Shown here: positions 20,007 to 30,077 of the stretch, piece after piece | How positions within the stretch are numbered: the first letter of the stretch is position 1 | How the letters are laid out: each line of letters begins with the position of its first letter | Assembly: GCA_018647265.1 (NCBI GenBank) | Contig: JABGTK010000004.1 | Location: 20,384-84,383, forward strand | Length of the DNA: 64,000 bases | Direction: 5' to 3' | From: Fidelibacterota bacterium | Lineage (GTDB): Bacteria; Fidelibacterota; Marinisomatia; Marinisomatales; TCS55 | Position numbers and translations under genes: made by a program | Notes under the pieces: generated by a model | Seen by the model: the letters and a program-made list of their open reading frames with translations, nothing else | What the model was told of the DNA's origin: nothing | Databases searched by the model: none

Positions 20007-21115
20007 TTAAGGGCGATCAAATGATCCTCAATATTGGGCCCCAGCATCCCAGCACCCATGGTGTGTTGCGTCTCGAGGTTATGACCGACGGTGAGATCGT
20101 TTCTGAAATTCGGCCTCATATCGGATATCTTCACCGCTGTTTCGAAAAGCATTCTGAAAATGTCACCTATGAACAGGTGATTCCATTTACGGACCGTTGT
20201 GATTACCTCGCTGCCATGAATAGCAACTTTGGTTATGTTGTTGCCATGGAAGACTTAATGGAAATTAAAGTGCCAGAACGAGTAGACTATATCCGCGTTA
20301 TCATGGGGGAGCTGAATCGAATCGCAAGTCATCTTCTTGCTCTCGGTGTTTACGGCCTAGACATCGGCGCTTTTACCCCATTTTTATATATGCTCCGCGA
20401 TCGGGAACGTATCTTGGATTTGTTTGAATACACCTGTGGTGCGCGCCTCCTTTATAATTATATGTGGGTTGGCGGTGTATCCCATGATTTACCTAAAGAT
20501 TTTGAAAAAATCTGTATCGGATTTCTAGATTACTTTGAACCGCAGATTAGTGAGTACAATGAATTGCTCACGTATAATAAAATTTTTGTTGAAAGAACTG
20601 CCGATGTGGGAGTGCTTCCTGCTGATGTGGCTGTGAGCTATGGCGTAACTGGACCAAATTTGCGCGCATCAGGCGTAAAATGGGATGTCCGAAAAGATGA
20701 ACCATATTCAATCTATGACAGATTTGATTTTGAAGTACCCATAGGGACGGGTGAATTGGGAACCGTTGGCGATTGTTTTGACCGTTATTTGGTTCGAATG
20801 CAAGAAGTAATAGAAAGTGTTAAAATCATTCGCCAAGCTTTGAAAGATATTCCTGGTGGTGATGTACATCAGGCGATACCGAAAAAAATTCGTCCGCCTA
20901 AAGGCTCGATTTATCGTAGAACAGAAAGTCCTCGTGGCGATCTTGGCTATTATATTGTGAGTGACGGCACGCCGGTGGCCTCTCGAGTGAAAATGCGTTC
21001 TCCTGCATTTACGGCACTATCGGTCTTAGATGAAATTTCACGAGGATGGATGATTTCGGATGTTATTGCTATTTTGGGCAGCTTAGATATTGTATTAGGA
21101 GAAATCGATCGATGA
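19997..21115 (+). CDS. nuoD: NADH-quinone oxidoreductase subunit D
   Basis: LNIGPQHPSTHGVLRL, GYLHRC.EK, and C-terminal SLD.V.GE.DR. An alternative ATG start lies at 20021. Confidence 0.92.
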   Translation: MGVVKGDQMILNIGPQHPSTHGVLRLEVMTDGEIVSEIRPHIGYLHRCFEKHSENVTYEQVIPFTDRCDYLAAMNSNFGYVVAMEDLMEIKVPERVDYIRVIMGELNRIASHLLALGVYGLDIGAFTPFLYMLRDRERILDLFEYTCGARLLYNYMWVGGVSHDLPKDFEKICIGFLDYFEPQISEYNELLTYNKIFVERTADVGVLPADVAVSYGVTGPNLRASGVKWDVRKDEPYSIYDRFDFEVPIGTGELGTVGDCFDRYLVRMQEVIESVKIIRQALKDIPGGDVHQAIPKKIRPPKGSIYRRTESPRGDLGYYIVSDGTPVASRVKMRSPAFTALSVLDEISRGWMISDVIAILGSLDIVLGEIDR

Positions 21116-22188
21116 CCGTTGATATGCTCATGGGTTGGTTAGCCACGATAGGCGATTTTCCTGTTCTGGCGTTTATTTTAGCGGTCGTCATTTCTGGGAT
21201 TCCATTATTTTTAGTGATGGCCCTCAATGCTATGGTTGCAGTTTATGTTGAACGAAAAGTGTCTGCTTTCATGATGGATCGAATTGGACCCATGGGGCAA
21301 GGGCCGGGACTCCATGCCGGTAAATGGGGATTACTCCAAACTGCTGCCGATGCAATAAAACTTTTGGTAAAGGAAGATACGGTTCCAGAATCGTCAGATA
21401 AAATTTTATTTAAAATGGCACCTTTCATTATTTTTATTGGTGCCTTCATGGGATTGGCCGCCGTTCCTTTTAGCCAAACGCTCCAAGTTGTGGATTTTAA
21501 TGTGGGTGTTTTTTATATTATAGCTGTGGGATCCGTTGGTGTGATTGGAATCGTTATGGCCGGTTGGGCTTCCAATAATAAATGGTCTCTCTATGGCGCC
21601 ATGCGTTCTGCCGCTCAAATAATCAGTTATGAAATCCCAGCTGGATTATCCATCATTGTACCCATTATGATGGCGGGCACCATGAATCTCCAAGAATTGA
21701 TTCATCATCAGTCCGGTACTGTTTGGGGCATTCTTCCAAATTGGATCATTTTTAATAATCCTTTCTCATTTTTAGCATTTTTCATCTTTTTTATCAGCGC
21801 AATTGCTGAAACGAATCGAACACCCTTTGATATTCCTGAAGCTGAATCTGAACTTGTGGCCGGTTGGATGACGGAATATTCCGGTTTCCGATGGGCCATC
21901 TTCTTCCTAAGCGAATATGCCAATATGCTGATTGTCAGTGGTTTGGCTGTGGCTGGATTCTTAGGTGGTTGGCGGAGTCCAATACCTGGATTATTTGATA
22001 CAGGCGCATGGGGATTATTCTGGTTTATGGGTAAAGTAGCTTCATTGATTTTTGTCATGATGTGGTTTCGTTGGACGTTTCCCCGCCTTCGTGTGGATCA
22101 GCTCATGCATGTATGTTGGAAAGTATTCATCCCGATCGCTATGTTGAACATATTTGGCGTCGGTATTTGGAAATTAATTTTCGGATAA
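21112..22188 (+). CDS. nuoH: NADH-quinone oxidoreductase subunit H
   Basis: ERK.SAFMMDRIGP and E.NR.PFD..EAESELV.G...EYSG motifs, 8 TM helices. I place the start at ATG 21112, which overlaps the nuoD stop (ATGA), rather than at the track start 21046. Confidence 0.9.
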   Translation: MTVDMLMGWLATIGDFPVLAFILAVVISGIPLFLVMALNAMVAVYVERKVSAFMMDRIGPMGQGPGLHAGKWGLLQTAADAIKLLVKEDTVPESSDKILFKMAPFIIFIGAFMGLAAVPFSQTLQVVDFNVGVFYIIAVGSVGVIGIVMAGWASNNKWSLYGAMRSAAQIISYEIPAGLSIIVPIMMAGTMNLQELIHHQSGTVWGILPNWIIFNNPFSFLAFFIFFISAIAETNRTPFDIPEAESELVAGWMTEYSGFRWAIFFLSEYANMLIVSGLAVAGFLGGWRSPIPGLFDTGAWGLFWFMGKVASLIFVMMWFRWTFPRLRVDQLMHVCWKVFIPIAMLNIFGVGIWKLIFG

Positions 22189-22191
22189 ACT

Positions 22192-22779
22192 ATGTCAAAG
22201 TATTTCACAGATATTTATGATACCGTAAACACATTGTGGACTGGAATGCGCATAACTTGGCGCCACATGATAAACATAAAACGGGACAATGTGACCCTTC
22301 AATACCCCGAAGAACGGTGGCCCCGTCCTGAGCGTAATATCGGTTTCGAACATGAAGATTATAATGTAATCCGGTCACGGCTTCATGTAGATATTGATGA
22401 TTGTATTGGCTGTCTCAAATGTGAACGTGCTTGCCCGGTAGATTGTATTACTATCAATACAATTAAAGCACCTATTCGCGGGGAAGATATTCCTGATGTT
22501 GGCCATACAGGTGTGACCTCCAATGGATCAAACAAGGCAATGGTGGTAAGTCGCTTTACCATAGATATGTCTGAATGTTGTTACTGCAACCTATGTACTT
22601 ATCCGTGCCCCGAAGAATGTATCTTTATGGTAGGTGGTCCAAACAGTTCTAAACATCCTATAGATTATGAATTTTCAGAGTTTGACCGAACCGATCTGAT
22701 ATACCAGTTTGCCAAATCCACTACATCTGAACAAAGAGAAGAATTGAAAAATCCTAAAAAACCGGAGGCGCAAGCCTAA
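22192..22779 (+). CDS. nuoI: NADH-quinone oxidoreductase subunit I
   Basis: Two 4Fe-4S ferredoxin motifs (CIGCLKCERACP and CCYCNLCTYPCP). Confidence 0.88.
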   Translation: MSKYFTDIYDTVNTLWTGMRITWRHMINIKRDNVTLQYPEERWPRPERNIGFEHEDYNVIRSRLHVDIDDCIGCLKCERACPVDCITINTIKAPIRGEDIPDVGHTGVTSNGSNKAMVVSRFTIDMSECCYCNLCTYPCPEECIFMVGGPNSSKHPIDYEFSEFDRTDLIYQFAKSTTSEQREELKNPKKPEAQA

Positions 22780-23267
22780 TGGCCGATTTTGTATTTTGGA
22801 TAATTGTAGGGATTACCCTTGGATCCGCATTAATGGTGGTCCAAAGTAAAAACCTACTCTATTCCGCATATGCGCTCCTTTTCTCTTTTATGGGTGTGAC
22901 GGGTTTGTATGTATTCCTATGGGCGGATTTTATCGCAATTGTCCAAGTGGTTGTATATGTGGGTGGAATACTGATTTTAATTATTTTTGGAATTATGTTG
23001 ACGAATAAAATTACTTCCGTAAATATCAACCATACGTCTGTTCAAAAAGGAAGTGGCACTCTTGTCGTTCTGGGATTTGTAGGTATTCTAGGATATATGA
23101 TTTTAAATACACCTTGGCATCAAGTGGCGACAACAGAACCGGTGGAGACTACTGCAACAATTGGGCGATTACTTATGATGGAGTATTTACTACCTTTTGA
23201 AGTGGCATCCCTTTTATTATTGGGCGCATTAATCGGTGCAACCACTCTCTCAAGGAAAGAGAATTAA
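22779..23267 (+). CDS. nuoJ: NADH-quinone oxidoreductase subunit J
   Basis: Position in the operon, 5 TM helices, VYVGGILILIIF and FE.ASLLLL.A.IGA patterns. Confidence 0.85.
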   Translation: MADFVFWIIVGITLGSALMVVQSKNLLYSAYALLFSFMGVTGLYVFLWADFIAIVQVVVYVGGILILIIFGIMLTNKITSVNINHTSVQKGSGTLVVLGFVGILGYMILNTPWHQVATTEPVETTATIGRLLMMEYLLPFEVASLLLLGALIGATTLSRKEN

Positions 23268-23572
23268 TGGATAGCTTAAATAATTATTTATTGGTGAGCG
23301 CAATCCTTTTTTCATTAGGATTGTATGGCGTAATCACACGGCGAAATGGTGTGGCTGTATTGATGGCAGTGGAATTGATCCTCAACTCTGCCAATATTAA
23401 TTTAGTTGCTTTTGCCCGATTTGGCGGTATGAACATCACCGGTCATATTTATGCGTTATTCATTATTGTTTTAGCTGCGGCAGAAGCGGCAGTAGCCTTG
23501 GCAATCATAATTAATATTTTTAACAATTTTAATACCATCAACATTGATGATGTTAGTGAAATGAAACAATGA
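23267..23572 (+). CDS. nuoK: NADH-quinone oxidoreductase subunit K
   Basis: 101 aa, 3 TM helices, the pattern ..R.N....LM..EL.LN..N and AAAE.AV.LA. Confidence 0.9.
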   Translation: MDSLNNYLLVSAILFSLGLYGVITRRNGVAVLMAVELILNSANINLVAFARFGGMNITGHIYALFIIVLAAAEAAVALAIIINIFNNFNTINIDDVSEMKQ

Positions 23573-25623
23573 TTACAGGGAACATCATTACTGATTTTTG
23601 CTTACTGATACTGTTTCTGCCCTTAGGAGCCTTTTTTATCAATTTTATATTTGGTAAACGTCTCCCGAGACAAGGCGATTGGGTATCCGTTGGTGCTGTA
23701 TTAATAACGCTCATTTTATCCCTTTCCTTACTGATGAATATGTTCATGAATTGGGATCCCGGTTTTTCTCATGAAGCTAAGTTTACTTGGATTGATTTAG
23801 GTGCCTTCAAAATTGAACTGGGTTTTTGGGTTGATAATATCACGATCGTAATGTTGGTGGTGGTAGCATTAATCTCTAGCATGACCCACATTTTTTCATT
23901 GGAATACATGAAGGGCGATATTCGTTATAATACCTATTACGCTTATCTTGGTTTATTTACTTTTTCCATGAACGGAATTGTATTGGCTAACAATCTGATC
24001 TCCCTTTATATCTTTTGGGAGTTGGTCGGTGTCAGCTCTTTTTTATTAATAGGTCATTGGTTTGAGAAACATTCAGCCGCCAATGCTGCAAAAAAAGCAT
24101 TTTTGACCAATAGGGTAGGAGATATTGGTTTCTTTATCGGCATTATGCTCATCTTCACAGCAATCGGTTCATTTAATTTTCAGGAAGTTTTTGCTGGCGT
24201 TTCTCAAGGAATGATTAGCGGTACCTTACTAACCTTGGCGGGAGCTGGATTATTTATGGGCGCTGTGGGGAAATCATCTCAATTTCCACTCCACATTTGG
24301 CTCCCAGATGCGATGGAAGGACCTACCCCCGTTTCAGCTTTGATGCATGCTGCTACCATGGTTGCTGCCGGTGTTTATCTCACCGTTAGATTATTTCCAT
24401 TATTTTCTCCAGAAGCATTAACTATCATCGCTTATGTCGGTGGTTTTACAGCATTGTTTGCTGCAACGATTGCCATTACCCAAAACGATATTAAAAAAGT
24501 TTTAGCTTATTCTACCGTCAGTCAATTGGGATATATGATCCTAGCTGTTGGCGTTGGAAATTATGTAGCCGCATTCTTTCACCTTTTGACCCACGCCATG
24601 TTTAAAGCATGTTTATTTTATGGTTCCGGTTCTGTAATCCATGCCATGCATCATTCTTTGCACGATCTTCATAATGATGATACAGATCCTCAGGATATGA
24701 GAAATATGGGCGGATTCAAATCTAAAATGCCCATTACTTATTGGACAATGGCAATTGCCACTTTGGCGATCTCTGGAGTACCCCTATTCTCAGGATTTTT
24801 ATCCAAGGATGCAATATTAGCTGGAAGTCTGTCTTTTGCCCAACAGTATCCTCAACATTTTTTACTACCAATATTTGGTTTTGGCGCCGCCGCCATTACT
24901 GCTTTCTATATGTTTAGGCTGATCTTTATGACATTTCATGGTGAAGCTAAAATGCCTAAAGTATTTAAAGGTATCCATGAATCACCCCGCGTCATGACAT
25001 TTCCCCTTATATTGTTGGCTGGGTTGAGTTTCTTTCTTTTTTACACATTTCCCTATTTTAATCCTATTTCAGATCATGGCTGGTTTACCGAATTAATTGT
25101 TGCGGGCAACTCATCCGTTCCTGGAAATCCAACAGCGCACGCGATATATGAAGGCATTCACCATGCCCATTATCCTGCCATGGCACTTTCATTATTAGTG
25201 GCATCACTTGGTATCGGACTATCCTATCTCATGTATATAAAGAAAAAACTTTCGCCCCAAATGTGGGCTTCAAAAATGGGATTCTTTTACAAACTATCCC
25301 TGAATAAATATTATTTTGACGAAAACTATGACCGCTTCCTCTATCAACCATTTTTAAAATTATCCCGTGCTGTGGCTTACGTGGATTGGGACCTTTATGA
25401 TAAATACTTTATCAACGGTTTTGGTCATGTAACAAAGTTCTTGTCTCGTATTACAGGTAGAATGGATTATGAAGGATTAGATCAAACTTTGGTTGATGGC
25501 GTGGGTCGCTCCGCGGAAGGATTCGGAAAACAATTAAAACAGATTCAAACCGGCCGATTGCAGAATTATATGTTATTCGCATTGGTTGGTGTAATTATCA
25601 TTCTGGTTATCCAGACGATATAG
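23569..25623 (+). CDS. nuoL: NADH-quinone oxidoreductase subunit L
   Basis: Mrp-type antiporter-like subunit (FWELVGVSSFLLIG.W, K.SQFPLH.WLPDAMEGPTPVSAL.HAATMV.AGV) with the long C-terminal extension typical of NuoL. Confidence 0.92.
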   Translation: MITGNIITDFCLLILFLPLGAFFINFIFGKRLPRQGDWVSVGAVLITLILSLSLLMNMFMNWDPGFSHEAKFTWIDLGAFKIELGFWVDNITIVMLVVVALISSMTHIFSLEYMKGDIRYNTYYAYLGLFTFSMNGIVLANNLISLYIFWELVGVSSFLLIGHWFEKHSAANAAKKAFLTNRVGDIGFFIGIMLIFTAIGSFNFQEVFAGVSQGMISGTLLTLAGAGLFMGAVGKSSQFPLHIWLPDAMEGPTPVSALMHAATMVAAGVYLTVRLFPLFSPEALTIIAYVGGFTALFAATIAITQNDIKKVLAYSTVSQLGYMILAVGVGNYVAAFFHLLTHAMFKACLFYGSGSVIHAMHHSLHDLHNDDTDPQDMRNMGGFKSKMPITYWTMAIATLAISGVPLFSGFLSKDAILAGSLSFAQQYPQHFLLPIFGFGAAAITAFYMFRLIFMTFHGEAKMPKVFKGIHESPRVMTFPLILLAGLSFFLFYTFPYFNPISDHGWFTELIVAGNSSVPGNPTAHAIYEGIHHAHYPAMALSLLVASLGIGLSYLMYIKKKLSPQMWASKMGFFYKLSLNKYYFDENYDRFLYQPFLKLSRAVAYVDWDLYDKYFINGFGHVTKFLSRITGRMDYEGLDQTLVDGVGRSAEGFGKQLKQIQTGRLQNYMLFALVGVIIILVIQTI

Positions 25624-25644
25624 AGATTTCATAAAGGGCTAAGT

Positions 25645-27192
25645 ATGAATCATTTACTCAGTTGGATCATTTGGCTACCGGTTATCGGTATGGTTGCAAT
25701 CGCCTTGATTCCTCGTGACAAAACGGAACTCATAAAACAAGTTTCTGCAGTCACATTGGGAATTCAGTTGGTATTGGCATTATACCTCTGGCGAATCTTT
25801 GATCCGTCCGTCGGTACCTTCCAGTTCATGGAAAGGGCTGAATGGATTCCATCATTTAACATTACATACATCCTGGGTGTAGACGGTTTAAGTCTGCCTA
25901 TGGTTGTACTGATGGCGCTGATCGGTTTTATCAGCGTGTTCGTCAGTTGGAACATTAATAAAGCGGTAAAAGGGTATTTTGCCCTTTTCTTATTGTTGAA
26001 TACTGGTGTCATGGGTGTCTTCCTGTCACTGGATTTCTTCCTGTTCTATATTTTCTGGGAAGTCATGCTGTTACCCATGTATTTCCTCATCGGCATGTGG
26101 GGCGGACCACAAAGAGAATATGCCGCCATTAAATTTTTCCTTTACACCTTATTCGGTTCTGTATTGATGCTAATCGCAATCTTGGCCTTATATTTTACTT
26201 GCGGTAATACATTCGACATGCTGGTGTTGATGGAAACAGCTCCAACTGCGTTGAACGGCGTACTATGGTGGGGAATGAGTGCAATCAAAGTTATCTGGGT
26301 ACTTTTGTTTATTGGATTTGCGATTAAAGTTCCAGTTTTCCCATTTCACACTTGGCTACCATTAGCCCACGTAGAAGCACCTACAGCAATATCTGTAATT
26401 TTGGCCGGTGTTCTATTGAAATTGGGTGTTTATGGAATCCTTAGAATTAATTATACAATGCTTCCTGATGGTGTATTTTGGTTTGCGGGCGCATTGGCTG
26501 TTTTAGGATTAATAAATGTGATCTGGGGTGCCATGTGTGCTCTTGCCCAAACAGATCTCAAAAAATTGGTTGCCTATTCATCTGTGAACCATATGGGTTA
26601 TACTTTGATAGGAATGGCGGCTGTCATCGCAGCAGCAGGTATGCATGGTGATAATTTGGTCAGCGCTCAGGCAGGTCTTAATGGTGCAGTCTTCCAGATG
26701 TTTAACCATGGCACTATTTCGGCCATGTTATTTATCTTGGTTGGAGTCATTTATGATCGCGCACATCATAGGAATATTGAAGGCTTTGGTGGACTTGCAT
26801 CACAAATGCCCGTTTATACTGCTTTTGTCGCTATTGCATTTTTTGCAGGACTGGGATTACCCATGTTCAGTGGATTTGTAAGTGAAATGATGATTTTCAT
26901 CGGCGCTTTCCCGGTTTTTAAAGCTATTGTAATTATTTCTACCCTTGGAATTCTCTTGAATGCGGCTTATTTCTTATGGGCTTTCCAACGGATGTTCTTT
27001 GGCCCCGCCAATGAAAAATATAATGATTTACCAGAAATTAATAGACGTGAATTATTCACCGTTGTTCCATTGGCTGTTATCACCATCTTCTTAGGTGTCT
27101 ATCCACGTCCGTTCTTGGATTTGATAGCAGAAACAATGAATGTTTTGATTGACCAGGTTGTGTCCCTTGGTGGACTCTCCAGCGTAATGTAG
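25645..27192 (+). CDS. nuoM: NADH-quinone oxidoreductase subunit M
   Basis: FWE.ML.PMY.LIG.WGG, K.P.FPFHTWLP.AHVEAPT motifs. Confidence 0.92.
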   Translation: MNHLLSWIIWLPVIGMVAIALIPRDKTELIKQVSAVTLGIQLVLALYLWRIFDPSVGTFQFMERAEWIPSFNITYILGVDGLSLPMVVLMALIGFISVFVSWNINKAVKGYFALFLLLNTGVMGVFLSLDFFLFYIFWEVMLLPMYFLIGMWGGPQREYAAIKFFLYTLFGSVLMLIAILALYFTCGNTFDMLVLMETAPTALNGVLWWGMSAIKVIWVLLFIGFAIKVPVFPFHTWLPLAHVEAPTAISVILAGVLLKLGVYGILRINYTMLPDGVFWFAGALAVLGLINVIWGAMCALAQTDLKKLVAYSSVNHMGYTLIGMAAVIAAAGMHGDNLVSAQAGLNGAVFQMFNHGTISAMLFILVGVIYDRAHHRNIEGFGGLASQMPVYTAFVAIAFFAGLGLPMFSGFVSEMMIFIGAFPVFKAIVIISTLGILLNAAYFLWAFQRMFFGPANEKYNDLPEINRRELFTVVPLAVITIFLGVYPRPFLDLIAETMNVLIDQVVSLGGLSSVM

Positions 27193-27200
27193 GCATTTGC

Positions 27201-28691
27201 ATGAGCAATCTCAATAGCTTAGCTTACTTTTGGCCGGAATTAATTCTGACCGTGACGGTTTTGGTAGCCATTATAGCCGATCTTTTCTACCGGAAGGAAG
27301 AGTCCTTTAAGGTAGCATGGTGGGTGCTTGGTGGACTCGCCATGACCTTGTTTGCCATCCGTATTGGTGGCAGCGCTGTTACTGACCTTTTTATGGGCTC
27401 TATTGCATTAGATCCATTCTCAGAATTTTTTAAAGTCCTCATTCTTATATCTACAGCCTTAGTGATTCTTATGAGTTTTAATAGCAATGAGCTTAAAGAA
27501 TACAGAGTCGGTGAATACTTCTCAGTAATGGCTATTATGGCTTTTGGTTTATTTATGATGGCATCTGCCATTGATATTCTAATGGTGTATTTGGCTATAG
27601 AAGTGGTTTCAATTATGTCCTTCTTTTTAGCGGGATACCTTAAAAAAGAGACAAGAAGCAATGAAGCATCCCTTAAATATGTCATTTATGGTGCCTTCTC
27701 ATCGGGAATCATGCTCTATGGATTAAGCATCCTGTTTGGTTTAACAGGAACTACAAAATTTTTCGAAATGCAAGCGGCTATTGCCGGTTTGAGTCCTGAT
27801 GCGAATTTGGCCCTGATTCTTTCTGCTGTGTTCATTTTAGCGGGATTTGGGTATAAAATATCTGCTGTTCCATTTCACTTTTGGACGCCGGACGTTTATG
27901 AAGGATCACCCACAACTATTACAGCATACTTATCGGTGGCGCCAAAAGCTGCCGGTTTTGCCATGTTGATTCGTTTCTTTAACCAAGTGTTTGGTGATGG
28001 AAATGGGTTTGCCTCCGAATCATGGTCTGCAGTAAACAGTGTTCCATGGCCCCAACTTTTGGCAATCTTGGCAGCGGCAACAATGACCATTGGTAATCTC
28101 GTAGCCATTCAACAAAAAAGTGTTAAACGAATGTTGGCTTATTCAAGTATTGCCCACGCTGGATATATGATGATGGCCCTACCCTTGATGTCTCAATCTG
28201 GGGTGTATGGTATTATGATGTACTTGGTTATGTACATTTTCATGAACCTAGGTGCATTCTTTGTGGTCATTTTTGTCCAGAATAAAACAGGCGGAGAAGA
28301 TTTTGAGGACTTCAATGCCCTTGGATGGAATATGCCCTTTGTCGGTGGTGTCATGACCTTATTTATGATAGCCTTAACGGGACTGCCACCCACAGCTGGA
28401 TTCATTGGAAAATTTTATATTTTTGCGGCAGTTATCGAAGGTGGTTCGCAATACTATTGGTTAGCTATTGTTGGTGCATTAAATAGTGTTGTGTCTCTTT
28501 ATTACTATATTCGTGTTGTGAAGCATATGTATTTAATTGGCGAACGAAGTGAAAGTGTTTCAATGCCGGATTCTAAATTGGTTACAGTGCTTTTATTGTC
28601 TTTGGCAATACCCACCTTTGTTTTTGGTTGGTATTTTGGACCGGTAGCGAATTGGGTAAGTGAATCTTTAGTCATTTTTCAGGGAATGTAA
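27201..28691 (+). CDS. nuoN: NADH-quinone oxidoreductase subunit N
   Basis: Antiporter-like subunit (K.SAVPFHFWTPDVYEGSPT), last gene of the nuo block. Confidence 0.9.
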   Translation: MSNLNSLAYFWPELILTVTVLVAIIADLFYRKEESFKVAWWVLGGLAMTLFAIRIGGSAVTDLFMGSIALDPFSEFFKVLILISTALVILMSFNSNELKEYRVGEYFSVMAIMAFGLFMMASAIDILMVYLAIEVVSIMSFFLAGYLKKETRSNEASLKYVIYGAFSSGIMLYGLSILFGLTGTTKFFEMQAAIAGLSPDANLALILSAVFILAGFGYKISAVPFHFWTPDVYEGSPTTITAYLSVAPKAAGFAMLIRFFNQVFGDGNGFASESWSAVNSVPWPQLLAILAAATMTIGNLVAIQQKSVKRMLAYSSIAHAGYMMMALPLMSQSGVYGIMMYLVMYIFMNLGAFFVVIFVQNKTGGEDFEDFNALGWNMPFVGGVMTLFMIALTGLPPTAGFIGKFYIFAAVIEGGSQYYWLAIVGALNSVVSLYYYIRVVKHMYLIGERSESVSMPDSKLVTVLLLSLAIPTFVFGWYFGPVANWVSESLVIFQGM

Positions 28692-28724
28692 CCATTATCT
28701 ACTTTGCCATTTGGGGAAATATAA

Positions 28725-30077
28725 TTGGCTGATTTAAATATAAGAAAAGGACATGATATCCGCATCGCGGGTGTTCCCAGCAATGAGGTCCAAAAAGGAT
28801 ATCAACCCAAATTTGTAGCCATTCAACCAACTGATTTTCGCGGATTAAAACCAAAACTCTGCGTGAAAGAGGGTGATTCAGTAAAATTGGGATCCGCCCT
28901 ATTTAGTTGCAAAACCAATCCAGAAGTATCATACCCTTCGCCTGGTGGTGGTAAAGTAACCTCTATTCAATACGGTCCACGGCGTGTTATAGAAAAAATT
29001 ATTATTGAATTGGCTGAAAAGGAAGAATTAGAATCATTCAAAATTTTCCGCTCAGCTGAAATACCAAAATTAGATAGAGAAAAAGTATTATCTGCTTTAC
29101 TCAATGGAAATATGTTTCCATTCATTCGCCAGCGGCCTTTTAATAAAGTGGCGAACCCAGATGAAAGACCTCGAGATATTTATATTTCTGGCTGGAATAC
29201 AGCACCACTTTCAGTCAATCTAGATGTTGCCCTTCGACGGCGACTGTCGCAATTCCAAACTGGCATAAATGTGCTCCAAAAATTAACCAATGGCCATGTT
29301 CATTTGTCTATGAATGAAAATACCGTTTCGGATACTCTCATTGAAGCTCAAGGTGCCAAAGTATATACTGTTGATGGGCCCCATCCGGCGGGGAATGTTG
29401 GTATTCAAATACACCATTTTGGGCCATTGGGATTGCATGATGTGGTATGGACGGTAAACGCTCAAGATGTTGTACGGATTGGTAATCTTTTCCTTACAGG
29501 AAAATATGATACAACTTTATTTACAACAATTGGCGGACCCGGCGTTAAAAACCCAACGCATATTAAAACTAGAATAGGTGTTCAATTAGAGGCACTTCTT
29601 AAAGATAATTTATACGGAGGAGAGCAACGTATCATTTCCGGTGATGTGCTTACGGGAACTAAAACATACTCTGATGGATTCTTGGGCTTTTATGATTCCT
29701 CGGTGTCTGTCTTGCCTGAAGGCGGTGAGCGAGAATTCATGGGGATGCTCCGGCCCGGTTCATCCTCGACGCGCTATAGCTTAACCAATTCATTTTTGGG
29801 ATTCGGGAAAAAACTGTTTTTCTTTAATACACTGAATAATGGTAGTGAAAGATATATGGTACCCATTAATGCTTGGGAAGATGTACTTCCAATGGATATT
29901 CTGCCCAATGCTCTCTACCGTGCGATTCATGCCGAGGATATTGAAGAGATGGAACAATTGGGAATAATGGAATGTGATGATGAAGATTTCGCCCTCTGTT
30001 CTTTTGCCTGTCCGAGTAAGATTAATGTTGGCGGTATGATCCGCCATGGGTTAGAGCTCATGGAGAAAGAAGGATAG
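28725..30077 (+). CDS. nqrA: Na+-translocating NADH-quinone reductase subunit A
   Basis: N-terminal IRKGHDIRIAG, HPAGNVG motif, C-terminal C.FACPSK. TTG start 33 nt after nuoN. Confidence 0.9.
   Translation: MADLNIRKGHDIRIAGVPSNEVQKGYQPKFVAIQPTDFRGLKPKLCVKEGDSVKLGSALFSCKTNPEVSYPSPGGGKVTSIQYGPRRVIEKIIIELAEKEELESFKIFRSAEIPKLDREKVLSALLNGNMFPFIRQRPFNKVANPDERPRDIYISGWNTAPLSVNLDVALRRRLSQFQTGINVLQKLTNGHVHLSMNENTVSDTLIEAQGAKVYTVDGPHPAGNVGIQIHHFGPLGLHDVVWTVNAQDVVRIGNLFLTGKYDTTLFTTIGGPGVKNPTHIKTRIGVQLEALLKDNLYGGEQRIISGDVLTGTKTYSDGFLGFYDSSVSVLPEGGEREFMGMLRPGSSSTRYSLTNSFLGFGKKLFFFNTLNNGSERYMVPINAWEDVLPMDILPNALYRAIHAEDIEEMEQLGIMECDDEDFALCSFACPSKINVGGMIRHGLELMEKEG

Noticed and set aside
21046-21111. N-terminal extension of nuoH in the ORF track (MDDFGCYCYFGQLRYCIRRNRS)
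   Set aside because: It lies inside nuoD coding sequence. The ATG at 21112 gives a canonical NuoH N-terminus and an ATGA stop/start overlap.
27287-27685. 132-aa ORF on the - strand (similar cases at 33471-33854, 56775-57143 and 35741-36022)
   Set aside because: All are antisense to well-supported genes (nuoN, nqrF, ftsH, the transporter) and have no independent signals.
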